Shown here in pieces: positions 9,103 to 19,547 of a stretch of 64,000 nt of DNA; within the stretch, counting starts at the first letter, position 1, and the number at the start of each line of letters is the position of its first letter. Source of the DNA: an uncultured Acidobacteriota bacterium (GTDB taxonomy: Bacteria > Acidobacteriota > Terriglobia > Terriglobales > Acidobacteriaceae); assembly GCA_963761465.1 (NCBI GenBank), contig CAVXGX010000001.1, positions 868,083 through 932,082 of the forward strand. The letters are read 5' to 3'. Both the position numbers and the translations under genes were made by a program. Below the pieces are notes generated by a model, which had not been told where the DNA came from, did not search any database, and was given only the letters and a program-made list of their open reading frames with translations.

Positions 9103-11796
9103 TCACTTCCCATCCAGCGTCGCCCGCACCTTCAACCCCAAATCATCCCGGCTAAACGGTTTCTGCAGCAACTTCACTCCCGGCTCCAGCACTTTGTGCT
9201 GCACCACCATATCGTCGGTATAACCAGTCATATAAACGATCCGCGTTTCCGGACGCTTCCCCAAAATATTCTCCGCCAACAGCCGCCCACTCATCCCCGG
9301 CATAATCACATCCGTCAGCAGCAGATCGATCTTCCCCGCGAATGCGTCCGCCACTTCAATCGCATCCTCCGCATTCGCCGCCTCCAGCACGGTATATCCA
9401 TATCCCTGCAGAAAAATCCGCGCCAGTTCCCGCAAATCCGGCTCATCCTCCGCAATCAGAATCGTCTCCGTTCCTCCCGCGACCACGTCGCTCACAACTT
9501 TCTTCTGCGCCTGCCTCGCGCCACCCTCCGCCACCGGCAAATAAATCCGAAACGTCGTACCCTTCCCAACTTCACTCTCCACCTGAATACTCCCACCACT
9601 CTGCTTCACGATTCCATACACCGTGGCCAGGCCCAGCCCCGTGCCTTTGCCCATCGGCTTCGTCGTAAAAAACGGCTCAAAAATGTGCGACAGCGTCCCC
9701 GCATCCATGCCATGCCCGGAATCCGTCACCGTCAGCATGGCATATCGCCCCGGCGTCAAATCGAGATCCCGCGCAACCTCCGCGCCCACTTCCATGTTCG
9801 CAGTTTCCATCCTCAGCCTGCCACCGTGCGGCATCGCGTCCCGCGCATTCACCGCCAGGTTCATCAGCACTTGCTCCACCTGCCCCGGGTCCGCCTTCAC
9901 CGAAACCAGCGACGGATGCAGACTCGCCACCAACTCAATGTCTTCGCCAATCACCCGCGCCAACATTTTCTGCACATCCGCGACCGCCTCATTCAGGTCC
10001 AGAACTTTCGGTTGCAGCACCTGCTTGCGGCTAAACGCCAGCAACTGCTGCGTCAGCGACGCCGCCCTCTCCGCCGCCCGCCGAATCTGCTCCAGCCCGT
10101 TCTGCGTGCGCTCATCCATTTCTCTTGCGCCCAGCAACAACTCCCCATGCCCCATGATGATGCTCAAAATATTGTTGAAGTCATGCGCCACGCCTCCTGC
10201 CAGCCGCCCAATCGCCTCCATCTGTTGCGCATTTCGCAGCTGCTCTTCCAGATGCATGCGCTCCGTCACGTCGCGCGATATTCCCCACGTCCCCACCCAA
10301 TGCCCATCCACTACCAACCCGGCCATCGTGTTGCGGAAAATCCTTTTCATTCCCTGCGCATCCAACTCGCGCGATTCCTGATCGGTAATCCGATATCCTG
10401 CTCCGATGAAGTCCTCCATAAATTGCCGCGTCACCGGATCGTGCAGCACCAGAAATTCCGTCAGCGGTTTCCCCATCAACTCCTTCGCCGACGCCCGTCC
10501 ATACATTCTCGCCAGCGCGTCATTGCACTCCGCCAAATATCCATTCTTCACTCCCATCGCCAGTTGTTCCGCGACCGGCAGATTCACCGGAACCGGCGGG
10601 TAATATTCCATGCGGAAAATTCCCTCCGAACTCTGCTCCACAAACACGCGATACCGTTCTTCACTCTGTCGCAGCGCTTCGTCCGCGCGCTTTCGATCCG
10701 TAATATCAATCAGCATCCCGCGCGTCAGGCGTTTCCCCGTGACCGGATCGCGCACAATCACCGCTTCATCCCGCAGCCACACCTCGCGCCCATCCTGCCG
10801 CCGCATCCGGTATTCCACCTGAAACGGACGATTCTCCTCCCACTGGTCCTCCATCAACGCAATCGGATGATCCTCAGGATTCAGGTGATCCCACCAGAAA
10901 TGCGGATCGGTCAGACAGTCTTCCGGACGGTAGCCGAGAATCGCGCTCACCTGCGGGCTCACATAAAGAAATCTCCCATGCACTCCCGCCTCGGCAACAT
11001 AGGAAATTGCCGGAACATGTTCCACCAACTGACGATATTTGGCCTCCGCTTCGCGCAGCGCCGCCGTCGCGCGCCGCCCTTCTTCCAGCGAGCGAATGGC
11101 CGTGATCCCATACGACAGGTTGTTCGCCATCTCGGTGAGCAACTCCACCTCCGAGCGTTCAAACGATCCTGCCTGCTCCGAATAAATCGCCAGCACTCCA
11201 AACGCCGCGCCCGCCACCCGCAGCGGCAACGCAATTACCGCCGCATATCCTCGCTGCACTGCCGCGTCCCGCCAAAACGCGAACGAAGGATCGTTCGCCG
11301 TATCCGCAATCACGCAAATCCGGTTCTCGCGAATCGCCGTCCCCGCCGGTCCCCGCCCCATCTGGGTGTCCGACCACTTCAGTTGAATCTTCTCCAGATA
11401 TCCGCTGCCGAAGCCAGCATGTGCCATCGGCAGCACCGTCTTCTCTTCGTCCTGCTGCGCATAAGCAATCCCCGCCATCCGGTATTCACCGAGACTCACA
11501 ATGATGTCGCAAACCTGCTGCAGCAACTCCTGCTCGCTCCCCGCCTGCGCCAGTGCCTGGTTACAAGCACTCAACGCATGCAATGCCCGGTTCAGCCTCC
11601 GCAATTCCTTATTGACCGCGCTCTCGTCCCCCGCATCGCCACCAGAAGACGAACTGGTAGCCTCGCAAGGAATCGTCGGCGAAGATTGGGGTGACAAAAA
11701 AGAAGAAGAGGGCGATGAGGACGAAAGATCCGAAGGCGAACCCGACACCCGGTCGACTCCCGCGGGCTGGTTCAGCTGAGAATTATCCTGCGTCAT
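9103..11796 (-). CDS. Hybrid sensor histidine kinase/response regulator (GAF + PAS domains + HisKA/HATPase + REC)
   Basis: H-box GGVAHDFNNIL. N, G1 and G2 boxes (NLAVNARDAM, DSGHGM, GKGTGLGL). C-terminal receiver ILIAEDEP...DLLLTDVIMPGMSG...KPF. Start taken at MTQDNSQ (11796). Confidence 0.9.
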   Translation of the reverse strand: MTQDNSQLNQPAGVDRVSGSPSDLSSSSPSSSFLSPQSSPTIPCEATSSSSGGDAGDESAVNKELRRLNRALHALSACNQALAQAGSEQELLQQVCDIIVSLGEYRMAGIAYAQQDEEKTVLPMAHAGFGSGYLEKIQLKWSDTQMGRGPAGTAIRENRICVIADTANDPSFAFWRDAAVQRGYAAVIALPLRVAGAAFGVLAIYSEQAGSFERSEVELLTEMANNLSYGITAIRSLEEGRRATAALREAEAKYRQLVEHVPAISYVAEAGVHGRFLYVSPQVSAILGYRPEDCLTDPHFWWDHLNPEDHPIALMEDQWEENRPFQVEYRMRRQDGREVWLRDEAVIVRDPVTGKRLTRGMLIDITDRKRADEALRQSEERYRVFVEQSSEGIFRMEYYPPVPVNLPVAEQLAMGVKNGYLAECNDALARMYGRASAKELMGKPLTEFLVLHDPVTRQFMEDFIGAGYRITDQESRELDAQGMKRIFRNTMAGLVVDGHWVGTWGISRDVTERMHLEEQLRNAQQMEAIGRLAGGVAHDFNNILSIIMGHGELLLGAREMDERTQNGLEQIRRAAERAASLTQQLLAFSRKQVLQPKVLDLNEAVADVQKMLARVIGEDIELVASLHPSLVSVKADPGQVEQVLMNLAVNARDAMPHGGRLRMETANMEVGAEVARDLDLTPGRYAMLTVTDSGHGMDAGTLSHIFEPFFTTKPMGKGTGLGLATVYGIVKQSGGSIQVESEVGKGTTFRIYLPVAEGGARQAQKKVVSDVVAGGTETILIAEDEPDLRELARIFLQGYGYTVLEAANAEDAIEVADAFAGKIDLLLTDVIMPGMSGRLLAENILGKRPETRIVYMTGYTDDMVVQHKVLEPGVKLLQKPFSRDDLGLKVRATLDGK

Positions 11797-11925
11797 GGAA
11801 ACCTGCCGGCATCGCCTCCGGCATTCATTTCTGGCTGGCAGTAGTGTACAGGTTCCCCTCCCCCCTCCGTCCAAAAACTAACTCCCGGCGCGTTGTTCGA
11901 AAAAATGCGCTGCCCGAAAAATGGG

Positions 11926-11966
11926 ATGCCCCACGTCTCGCCGCTGTTGCGAGACGTGGGAATCCC
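11926..11966 (+). repeat. Type-B hairpin repeat
   Basis: atgccccacgtctcgccgctgttgcgagacgtgggaatccc. Arms ccacgtctcgc/gcgagacgtgg. Reverse-oriented copies at 28337 and 58279. Confidence 0.8.
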
Positions 11967-12015
11967 GAACGCAGGAAGCGCGCCGGCTTCGCTCAAAGTG
12001 CGACTCGAGAGCAAA

Positions 12016-13068
12016 CTACCTCAAACTCCCCTCCACCACCCACCCCAACAATCCCAACAGACAAAATCCCATCGCATTCAAAATCCCATGCGTCCGCGCC
12101 ATCTCCGGAATCGTCAATGCCTCGCTCCCCACAAAATTAGCCACCGCATAAGCCCCCGACAAGATCATCGACGCAAAAACCGCCCCCGCCGCAACCTGCA
12201 ACATCACCCCAGCCGTAGAATCCTCCACCTTTCTCCCGCATCCCCGCACCGCAACCGCCAGCCCCGCCACGCTCCCCGAAAACAAAATCGCCGCCACCAT
12301 CTTCACCAGTGGAGAAACCACAAACCCCACCGCCACTACCATCGGCAACCCCACCATCACCAGCACCAACGGCTTCAACCACCGATACTCCCCGCGCCTC
12401 TCCGCAAACCGCAACGTTGCAGCCGCAATCGTCGCCGTAGCAAATCCCGCGAAATGAAAATGCACCGCCGTCAGCAACCCAATCGGTTCCTGGATCCCCA
12501 TCGGCCGCATTCCCAACCGCGAAGCCACCAGCCACGCCCCACCCACAATCAAATCGATTCGCGCAACATTGATCACGATCAATGTAGCCAACCCCGTTGC
12601 GCGGACACTCCCTTCGGCAGGCTCAGGACAGGCTCTCTCCGCGTCTCCCCACAACGCTCGAACCAATCCCGCAACCCCGCCCCCAGCCATCAGCAAACAA
12701 ATCCAAAACCATCCGCCCGCCAAAATCCCAGCTCTCCGCCCGGGCCCCATCCACATCGCGGCCACCGCAAGACCTGCTCCTAAAGGCTGCAATCTCCGCG
12801 CAAGTTCCTCCAGCCATCCCCCACCAATCCCGCGCCCCACCTCCATCCCCAACGGGACAACCACGAGAGGCGCAAACAAAAATAGGAGTTCAATCGCCCC
12901 CACCCGCACAATCCCCGCCCGCGCCAGCACCGCCGTCCCCGCCCAAACCACAGCCCCCACCGCAGCCCATCCCCGCGCCCAACCTCCGCCGTCAAGCGAT
13001 AAATCGACTCTGTCATTCCGGCCAGCGGGAGGAATCTGCTTTTCGTGGCACCGCACCGTAGCCGTCAT
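12016..13068 (-). CDS. Polytopic membrane protein (possibly YndJ-like)
   Basis: Multiple hydrophobic segments; motif LLTAVHFHFAGFAT. Contains a repeat-derived in-frame segment (GDAERACPEPAEGSVRAT, about 12596-12660). Confidence 0.55.
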   Translation of the reverse strand: MTATVRCHEKQIPPAGRNDRVDLSLDGGGWARGWAAVGAVVWAGTAVLARAGIVRVGAIELLFLFAPLVVVPLGMEVGRGIGGGWLEELARRLQPLGAGLAVAAMWMGPGRRAGILAGGWFWICLLMAGGGVAGLVRALWGDAERACPEPAEGSVRATGLATLIVINVARIDLIVGGAWLVASRLGMRPMGIQEPIGLLTAVHFHFAGFATATIAAATLRFAERRGEYRWLKPLVLVMVGLPMVVAVGFVVSPLVKMVAAILFSGSVAGLAVAVRGCGRKVEDSTAGVMLQVAAGAVFASMILSGAYAVANFVGSEALTIPEMARTHGILNAMGFCLLGLLGWVVEGSLR

Positions 13069-13083
13069 AAATCACCTCCCAGG

Positions 13084-13130
13084 GTGCCCCATCCTTCTCG
13101 CGTTCTTTGCGAGAGGGTGGGGATTTTGAC
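13084..13130 (+). repeat. Type-A hairpin repeat
   Basis: gtgccccatccttctcgcgttctttgcgagagggtggggattttgac, in the gap between two minus-strand genes. Confidence 0.85.
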
Positions 13131-13135
13131 TTCCC

Positions 13136-13546
13136 TCACTGAACCGGCCGAACCGCCGCCATCCCGAAAATCACCATCAGCACAATCAACGACGAGACAT
13201 AAAGCAGATCCAGTCCCCGGTTCTCCCGCCGAATCTCCCGGTCGTAATAAAAAATCTGCAACCCGATCCGCAACAACCAAAACCCCGCCATGAACCCACT
13301 CAGAAATCTCCCCAGCCCACTCGCCCCCGCCAGCTCCGGCGCAAACCCAAAGCACAGCGCGGCAAACATCCCCAGCACGATCACGATGTACACCCAGTGC
13401 ACATAAAAAATCTGCCGCACAAATCGCGGGACCCCCGCCAGCCGCTCCCGCACCCGCAACCTCCCCGGCAACGGCACATTCGCCGCCATGATCCCGACAT
13501 GCACCACCCCCGCTCCCCAAATCGCCCGAATCATCCAAGCATTCAT
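13136..13546 (-). CDS. Small integral membrane protein (hypothetical)
   Basis: Start placed at MNAWMIRAIWG (13546). The track's N-terminal extension is encoded by the gtcatcc...gagggacc repeat at 13566-13612. Four hydrophobic segments. Confidence 0.55.
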   Translation of the reverse strand: MNAWMIRAIWGAGVVHVGIMAANVPLPGRLRVRERLAGVPRFVRQIFYVHWVYIVIVLGMFAALCFGFAPELAGASGLGRFLSGFMAGFWLLRIGLQIFYYDREIRRENRGLDLLYVSSLIVLMVIFGMAAVRPVQ

Positions 13547-13697
13547 GTTTCCTCCAAAAATCTCTGTCATCCCGACCGAAGCGAGCGAATGCGAGCGCAG
13601 GGGAGGGACCTCTCGCGTTTCAGTTTTGCCCTCGCTCACAGCTCCTCTTGAGACAGATCATTCTGTATAAACAGATCAAGCATCCCAAAAAAAAGGG

Positions 13698-14219
13698 TTA
13701 CCCCTTCTTCTTCAACTTCGTTCCCATCTTCAACAATTTCCGCACCGTCCCCGTCGGCAGCCGTTTCATCTGGTCATACAATTCCGTCACCGCCTCAAAA
13801 AATCCCGCCATCGCCACCAGCCGCTCCCGCGTATAATCCGCTCCCGCTTCCTTCGGATCCAAATTCGCCAGGCACGTCCGCAAAATTTCCCGCGTGGGAT
13901 CAATCTCCCGCCGCTTCCTCTGCTCAATCACCAGCCGAAACATCTCCCACACATCCTTCATCGACTCATAATGTTCCCGCCGGTCGCCGAGCACATGCAC
14001 CGCCCGCACAATCCCCCAGGTCTCCAGCTCCCGAATCGACGTCGACACATTCGACCGCGCCACGCTCAGCGTCTCCGCAATCTCCTCCGCCGGCAGCGCC
14101 TTGGGCGACAAATACAGCAGCGCATGAATCTGCGCCACCGTCCGGTTAATTCCCCACCGCGTCCCCATCTCGCCCCAGTGAAGGATGTACTGCTTCTGCA
14201 CCCCAGTAAGTTCGCTCAT
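13698..14219 (-). CDS. GbsR/MarR-family winged-helix transcriptional regulator
   Basis: WGINRTVAQIHALLYLSPKALPAEEIAETLSVARSNVSTSIRELETWGIVRAV matches the GbsR-type HTH pattern. First gene of a three-gene minus-strand cluster. Confidence 0.8.
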   Translation of the reverse strand: MSELTGVQKQYILHWGEMGTRWGINRTVAQIHALLYLSPKALPAEEIAETLSVARSNVSTSIRELETWGIVRAVHVLGDRREHYESMKDVWEMFRLVIEQRKRREIDPTREILRTCLANLDPKEAGADYTRERLVAMAGFFEAVTELYDQMKRLPTGTVRKLLKMGTKLKKKG

Positions 14220-14432
14220 AACGTTTCTTTCAGTACAAACAGAATATACAGAATTCTAAGCCCCTTGTCAAGCCCACCGCCGGCACAAGAAACCCCGTCC
14301 ACGAACAGCAGCTGCAAGACTTTGCACTTTCTCTCCTTCGAAAAATAACCCTACCGATTCCTTCCACCCGAGGTAGAATGGCCCGCCAACTTTGGCATTG
14401 AGGGGGAATTCACATGCGAGGACTAGTCAAAG

Positions 14433-16613
14433 ATGACCCGCACATTGCGCAGTATTCTTGCTCCGCTGTTGCTCCTCTTGACGGCGACCTTTGCCCACGC
14501 CGCCTTCGTACCCATTAGCGTCTATCCCAACCCGGCACAGTTCGGAACCATCGCTGAGTATTCCAGCGGCTATCTGACTCTCTACGTCAGTAATGTCACG
14601 GCGAATTCCGTGGTCATTACGAGCATGTCGATCTCCGGCTCCAACAGCGCCGACTTCGCCTTCTACGGCAGCAACTGCGTCGGCACTCTCGGCGCCAATG
14701 AAACCTGCAGCATGTACATGGTCTTCACGCCTGAAGCCATCGGCGCGATCAGCGCCAATCTGCTCATCTCCGTGCAGGGGTTGGCGCAGCCGGTCACCGT
14801 CTCGCTCGATGGCACTGGCGCAACTCCTCTTCCCATCCTCACCTCGATGTCTCCCACCACCACCTATCTCGATAGCGCCGGTTTCACCCTAACCGTCAAT
14901 GGCACCGGCTTCGTTTCCGGCGCCTCGGTGTACTGGAACTACGCTCCACTCACCACTACCTACGTCAGCTCCACGCAGCTCACCGCGCTGGTGCCCGCCA
15001 GCGATCTCACATATGCCAATTCGTATTATGTAGACGTCGTCAATTCCGGCGGAGGGTCTTCCAACCAGCTGGACTTCAGCGTGGTAGCTCTCGACCCCTA
15101 CATCAACGATCTTGCACCCACATCGATGATCGCGAAAACGGCGCCCACTGCTATCGTCATCAACGGCAGCAATTTCATGTCCGGCGCAAAAGTTCTGTGG
15201 AATGGCAAACCCACGCCCACCACTTACCTCAGCTCTTCCCAACTCCAGGTGACACCGTCCGCAGCCCAGGTCGCCGCCGCTGGCATCGTCCAGTTGACAG
15301 TCTCCAATCCACCTCCCGGCGGCGTTTCCGCAGAGGTCAACTTCAACGTAACCTATCCCGCTAAAGTCACAGTCCTGGATCTCCCCGCCAACAACCTGGT
15401 CTGGGATCCCTACGCGCAACGCATCTACGCCTCCTTGCCCAGCAGCTACGGCACACAAGGCAACACCATCGCCGACATCAATCCCACCACCGGCAGAATC
15501 ACCGGATACTATTTCGCCGGCAGCGAGCCCAACCAACTAGCAATCTCTGCCGACTCGCAATACCTTTACGTCGGTCTGAACGGCAACGGCTCTGTGCAGC
15601 GGCTCCTACTTCCCGCCTTCACTCCCGACATCGACGTGAGCCTCGGCACCAGCGAATACGGCGGCCTCAACACCGCTCTCGCTCTCCAGGTCTCTCCCAC
15701 TGATCCCCACACCTTCGCCGTTCCCGAAGGCAGCAGTGAATGTTGCGGCGGCAGCTCGGGTCTTTATTTCTTCAAAGACTCAACTCAACTGGCGGACTAC
15801 ATCACTTATCCGTCCTTCACCGATATCGCATTCGTCAACGGCACCACACTTTACGCCTACTACAGCGGCACTCTCGGTCAGGTCGCGGTCAGTTCCAGCG
15901 GCGGCACCTTAACTCAGCAATGGAACGACCTTGTCGAGGGCAACACCTTTCAGTATGACTCCAGCCTGGCCTACGGCAGCAACGGCCAGGTTCTCAACAC
16001 GACTACCGGCCTGCTCGTCGGCACCTATGACGTGTTAGGCAGCTACTGTTGCAGTTCGTCGAATCAGTTGCTGCCCGACTCAGCCATCGATCGCGTGTTC
16101 GATGTAGGCACAAGCCCCTTCTTCAGTTCGTTCGGCATCACCGCCTACGATCTCGCCAAGTTCACACCCGTGGCCGTCACCAATCTCTCGCAGCTCACCT
16201 CGAGCACCCCGGTATCCTTCATCCGCTGGGGGAACAATGGACTGGCCTTCATTCTCGGACCCGGGTGCTGCGGCAACACCAACACTCAAGTAGTCCTGAT
16301 ACAAAGTCCGTCGATGTTTGCTACGACCGGCGCAGCCAACAATCCCCAACCAGTCGCTCAAACCCTGTCGCCCTCCACCGCAACACACGGCGGCTGGAAT
16401 TTCGTGCTGAACGTTCAAGGCAAGAACTTCGTCTCCGGCTCGCAAGTCACCTGGAACGGCACCTCCCTCGCCGCGGACTACATCAGCCCAACTCAACTCA
16501 ACGTCTACGTGCCCGCCGCCAACCTCGCGTCCCCGGGCACCGCCAAAATCATCGTCACCAACCCAGCCCCAGGCGGCGGACCATCCGCCTCTCTGGCCTT
16601 CGTAATCAATTAA
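14433..16613 (+). CDS. Secreted multi-domain protein: choice-of-anchor-D-like N-terminal domain, IPT/TIG repeats, beta-propeller-like core
   Basis: Signal peptide. Repeated about 85-aa Ig-like units (P.L.SMSPTT...GFTLTVNGTGFVSGA.V.WNG...TTY.SSTQL...VP...) three times near the N-terminus and once at the C-terminus. Confidence 0.8.
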   Translation: MTRTLRSILAPLLLLLTATFAHAAFVPISVYPNPAQFGTIAEYSSGYLTLYVSNVTANSVVITSMSISGSNSADFAFYGSNCVGTLGANETCSMYMVFTPEAIGAISANLLISVQGLAQPVTVSLDGTGATPLPILTSMSPTTTYLDSAGFTLTVNGTGFVSGASVYWNYAPLTTTYVSSTQLTALVPASDLTYANSYYVDVVNSGGGSSNQLDFSVVALDPYINDLAPTSMIAKTAPTAIVINGSNFMSGAKVLWNGKPTPTTYLSSSQLQVTPSAAQVAAAGIVQLTVSNPPPGGVSAEVNFNVTYPAKVTVLDLPANNLVWDPYAQRIYASLPSSYGTQGNTIADINPTTGRITGYYFAGSEPNQLAISADSQYLYVGLNGNGSVQRLLLPAFTPDIDVSLGTSEYGGLNTALALQVSPTDPHTFAVPEGSSECCGGSSGLYFFKDSTQLADYITYPSFTDIAFVNGTTLYAYYSGTLGQVAVSSSGGTLTQQWNDLVEGNTFQYDSSLAYGSNGQVLNTTTGLLVGTYDVLGSYCCSSSNQLLPDSAIDRVFDVGTSPFFSSFGITAYDLAKFTPVAVTNLSQLTSSTPVSFIRWGNNGLAFILGPGCCGNTNTQVVLIQSPSMFATTGAANNPQPVAQTLSPSTATHGGWNFVLNVQGKNFVSGSQVTWNGTSLAADYISPTQLNVYVPAANLASPGTAKIIVTNPAPGGGPSASLAFVIN

Positions 16614-16636
16614 AGCTCGGACCTAACTAAACCCGG

Positions 16637-16683
16637 GTGCCCCACCCTTCTCGCGTTCTCCGCGAGAGGGTGGGGTTTTTGAC
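16637..16683 (+). repeat. Type-A hairpin repeat; possible intrinsic terminator for the upstream gene
   Basis: gtgccccacccttctcgcgttctccgcgagagggtggggtttttgac. About 14-bp stem followed by TTTTT, 24 nt after the stop of 14433..16613. Confidence 0.75.
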
Positions 16684-16763
16684 TTTCACTCGGAAACAAC
16701 CAAAGACGCCGCCCGCGAAAACCCGGAATTCCCGAGACCGCCAAGCTATAATTGCCCGCACCC

Positions 16764-19478
16764 ATGCCTCTGGCCCCCGGCACAAAACTCGGCCCTTACG
16801 AAATTCAGTCCCCGCTCGGCGCCGGAGGCATGGGCGAAGTCTACCGCGCCAACGACACTCGCCTCGACCGCATCGTTGCCATCAAAATTCTCCCCACGCA
16901 TCTCTCCGCGAATCCCGAATTCAAGCAGCGCTTCGAGCGCGAAGCCCGCGCCATATCTTCCCTCAATCATCCCCACATCTGCCATCTCTACGACATCGGC
17001 TCGCAAGACGGCACCGACTTCCTGGTCATGGAGTTCCTCGACGGCGAGACTCTCGCCGACCGCCTCCGCCGCGGCGCGCTCCCGTTCCCCGAACTCCTGA
17101 AAATCGGAATCGAAATCGCCGAAGCCCTCGAGATCGCGCATCGCGCCGGCATTGTTCACCGCGATCTCAAACCCGGCAACATCATGCTCACCAAGTCCGG
17201 AACCAAGCTCATGGACTTCGGACTCGCCAAACCAAACTCCCTCGGCAGCGCCGGCTCCGGATCAGCTCCACTTCTCTCCGTAGCCCGCACCATGTCCGGA
17301 GCCACTCCCATCACCCCGCTCACCACCGCCGGCAGCATCGTCGGCACCATCCAGTACATGTCTCCCGAACAAATCGAAGGCAAAGAAACTGACGCCCGCG
17401 CCGACATTTTCGCCCTCGGCGCAGTCCTCTACGAAATGGCCATGGGCAAGCGCGCCTTCGAAGGCAAAAGCCAGATCAGCGTCGCCTCCTCCATCCTGGA
17501 AAAAGACCCCGACCCCATCAGCGCCTCCAAACCTTCCACGCCCCAATCTTTCGACTATCTCGTCGCCGCCTGCCTCGCCAAAGACCGCGAAGACCGTTTC
17601 CAGTCCGCGCACGACGTCCGCCTGCAACTGAAAGGCATCACCCAACAACCCGCCACGGCGATCGCACCACAGCAATCTCGAAGCACATCAATCCCGCGCG
17701 CGCTCCTGGCCGCCGCCTCTGCTCTGCTAGTCGCCGCCACAATCCTTTTCTATTTCTCGCAGCGCACCGCCGCTCCCACACTTTCCATCCGCGCCTACAT
17801 CCCACCGCCGCCCGGCACCACCTTCCGCGCCTCCGGCTTCGACGCAGGTCCGGTAGTCGTTTCGCCCGACGGAAAAACTTTAGCCTTCTCCGCTGTCGAC
17901 GACCAGGGCCATACCAACCTCTGGCTTCGCCCGCTCGATGCCCCACAAGCCACCATGCTTCCCAGCACCGAAGACGCCACCACACCCTTCTGGTCTCCCG
18001 ACGGCCATTACCTTGCCTTCATCGCCGACCGGAAACTAAAAACCATCAGCGTCTCCGGAGGCGACGCCCAAACCCTCACCGCCGATCTTTATGAAGTTTA
18101 TAGCGGATGCGGCGATTGGAGCCCCGCCGGCATCATCCTCTTCTGCAAACAAAACTTCGGGCCGATCTCGCAGATCGCAGCCTCCGGCGGCCCGGCCTCG
18201 CCAGCCACCCGTCTCGACAAGAACGAAGCCGCGAACGAAGATCCATATTTCCTCCCCGACGGCCAACATTTTCTCTACGTCTCCCGTCAGCTCTCTCAAC
18301 CAAACCGAATCAAGGTAGGCGTGTTGGGTAAACCCGACCAAGAGGGAGCCGACATCGCCCCCGGCGGTAGCCCCGCCTTCGCTTCCGATCATCTCCTGTT
18401 TGTCCGCGCCGGACACATTCAGGCTCAGCCTTTCAATCCGCGCACTTTCAAGCTCTCCGGTGATCCTCAAACCATCGGCGAAGCCCGCACTTTCTCCGTC
18501 TCCCAAAACGGCGTGCTCGCCTACCACGAGAGTTCCGCCCAGTCCGAGCTCAAGGTATTTGATCGCAGTGGAAGCCTGATCGGCACCCCCGGTCCGCTGG
18601 CGGTTTATTCCGATCCCCGCTTTTCTCCCGATGGTAAATCCATCGCCGTCACCATCCAGGACCCGCGATCCGGCGCAGACGATATCTGGGTACTTCCCGT
18701 CGCACGCGGCCAACCCACCCGCATCACCTTCGGACCCGAGGATTATTGGCCGGTATGGTCGCCCGATGGAAAGCAAATAGCCTACGGCGTCCGTGAAAAT
18801 GACAAGCTCTCCATCCGCCGCCGCTCCCTCGACGGCAGCCAGCCCGAAGAAGTTCTCTATCAGAACGACGCCTATATCAACGGCTCGCCCATCGACTGGT
18901 CGCCCGACGGAAAGTACCTCTCCATCGATCTGGAATCGAAAGAAGGAATCTTCTCCAATTGGATTCTCCCCTTAACCGCGGACGGGAAGCCCGGCGAAGG
19001 CAGGGTCGGCGAATCAAAGATCGCCGAAGGCAAGACCGGGTACCGCAAGATCTTCCAACCCCCCGCCGCCGCCCACATGACGGCAAGCGAGTATGACGGC
19101 CGCTTCTCTGCCGACGGCCGCTGGCTGGCCTATTTCTCCTACGAAACCGGCCGCCCCGAAATCTACGTCGTGCCCTTTGCCGCCGGCGCCAAAACCCAGG
19201 TCTCCACCACCGGCGGATGGAACACAATGTTCAGCCGCGGCCAGGAACTCTTTTACGTCACCATGGGAAATCGCCTCATGGCCGCGCACACTTCCACTCA
19301 ACCCAATTTCCACGTCGATTCCATCGAACCCCTATTCCAACTCGACCTCCCCAACTTCACCGGCATCAGCTTCGATGTCAGCCCCGACGCCAAACACTTC
19401 GTAGTCCAAACCACCGATCACACCAAATCCACCTCCATCACGCTCCTAACCAACTGGCCCGCCCCGTTAAAAAAATAA
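16764..19478 (+). CDS. Serine/threonine protein kinase with TM segment and C-terminal TolB-like (PD40/WD40-like) beta-propeller
   Basis: Kinase motifs GAGGMGEVYRA, VAIK, HRDLKPGNIML, DFGLAK, SPEQ. Repeated W(S/T)PDG propeller blades. ATG at 16764. Confidence 0.9.
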   Translation: MPLAPGTKLGPYEIQSPLGAGGMGEVYRANDTRLDRIVAIKILPTHLSANPEFKQRFEREARAISSLNHPHICHLYDIGSQDGTDFLVMEFLDGETLADRLRRGALPFPELLKIGIEIAEALEIAHRAGIVHRDLKPGNIMLTKSGTKLMDFGLAKPNSLGSAGSGSAPLLSVARTMSGATPITPLTTAGSIVGTIQYMSPEQIEGKETDARADIFALGAVLYEMAMGKRAFEGKSQISVASSILEKDPDPISASKPSTPQSFDYLVAACLAKDREDRFQSAHDVRLQLKGITQQPATAIAPQQSRSTSIPRALLAAASALLVAATILFYFSQRTAAPTLSIRAYIPPPPGTTFRASGFDAGPVVVSPDGKTLAFSAVDDQGHTNLWLRPLDAPQATMLPSTEDATTPFWSPDGHYLAFIADRKLKTISVSGGDAQTLTADLYEVYSGCGDWSPAGIILFCKQNFGPISQIAASGGPASPATRLDKNEAANEDPYFLPDGQHFLYVSRQLSQPNRIKVGVLGKPDQEGADIAPGGSPAFASDHLLFVRAGHIQAQPFNPRTFKLSGDPQTIGEARTFSVSQNGVLAYHESSAQSELKVFDRSGSLIGTPGPLAVYSDPRFSPDGKSIAVTIQDPRSGADDIWVLPVARGQPTRITFGPEDYWPVWSPDGKQIAYGVRENDKLSIRRRSLDGSQPEEVLYQNDAYINGSPIDWSPDGKYLSIDLESKEGIFSNWILPLTADGKPGEGRVGESKIAEGKTGYRKIFQPPAAAHMTASEYDGRFSADGRWLAYFSYETGRPEIYVVPFAAGAKTQVSTTGGWNTMFSRGQELFYVTMGNRLMAAHTSTQPNFHVDSIEPLFQLDLPNFTGISFDVSPDAKHFVVQTTDHTKSTSITLLTNWPAPLKK

Positions 19479-19520
19479 TCCGTTTTGAAAAGGGCGCGGC
19501 TTCAGCCGCGCACCCCAGTT

Positions 19521-19547
19521 CATGTGGGGCGGACACTCCTGTCCGCC
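19521..19547 (+). repeat. Type-D hairpin repeat
   Basis: catgtggggcggacactcctgtccgcc. Also at 54088-54115, and it forms the TIRs of the MITE-like unit at 38612-38772. Degenerate copy at 723-754. Confidence 0.75.

Noticed and set aside
8947-11694. 915-aa ORF on the + strand
   Set aside because: It lies entirely antisense to the well-supported hybrid histidine kinase (9103..11796). Its translation is Arg/His/Pro/Gln-rich with no motifs, a typical shadow ORF of high-GC DNA.
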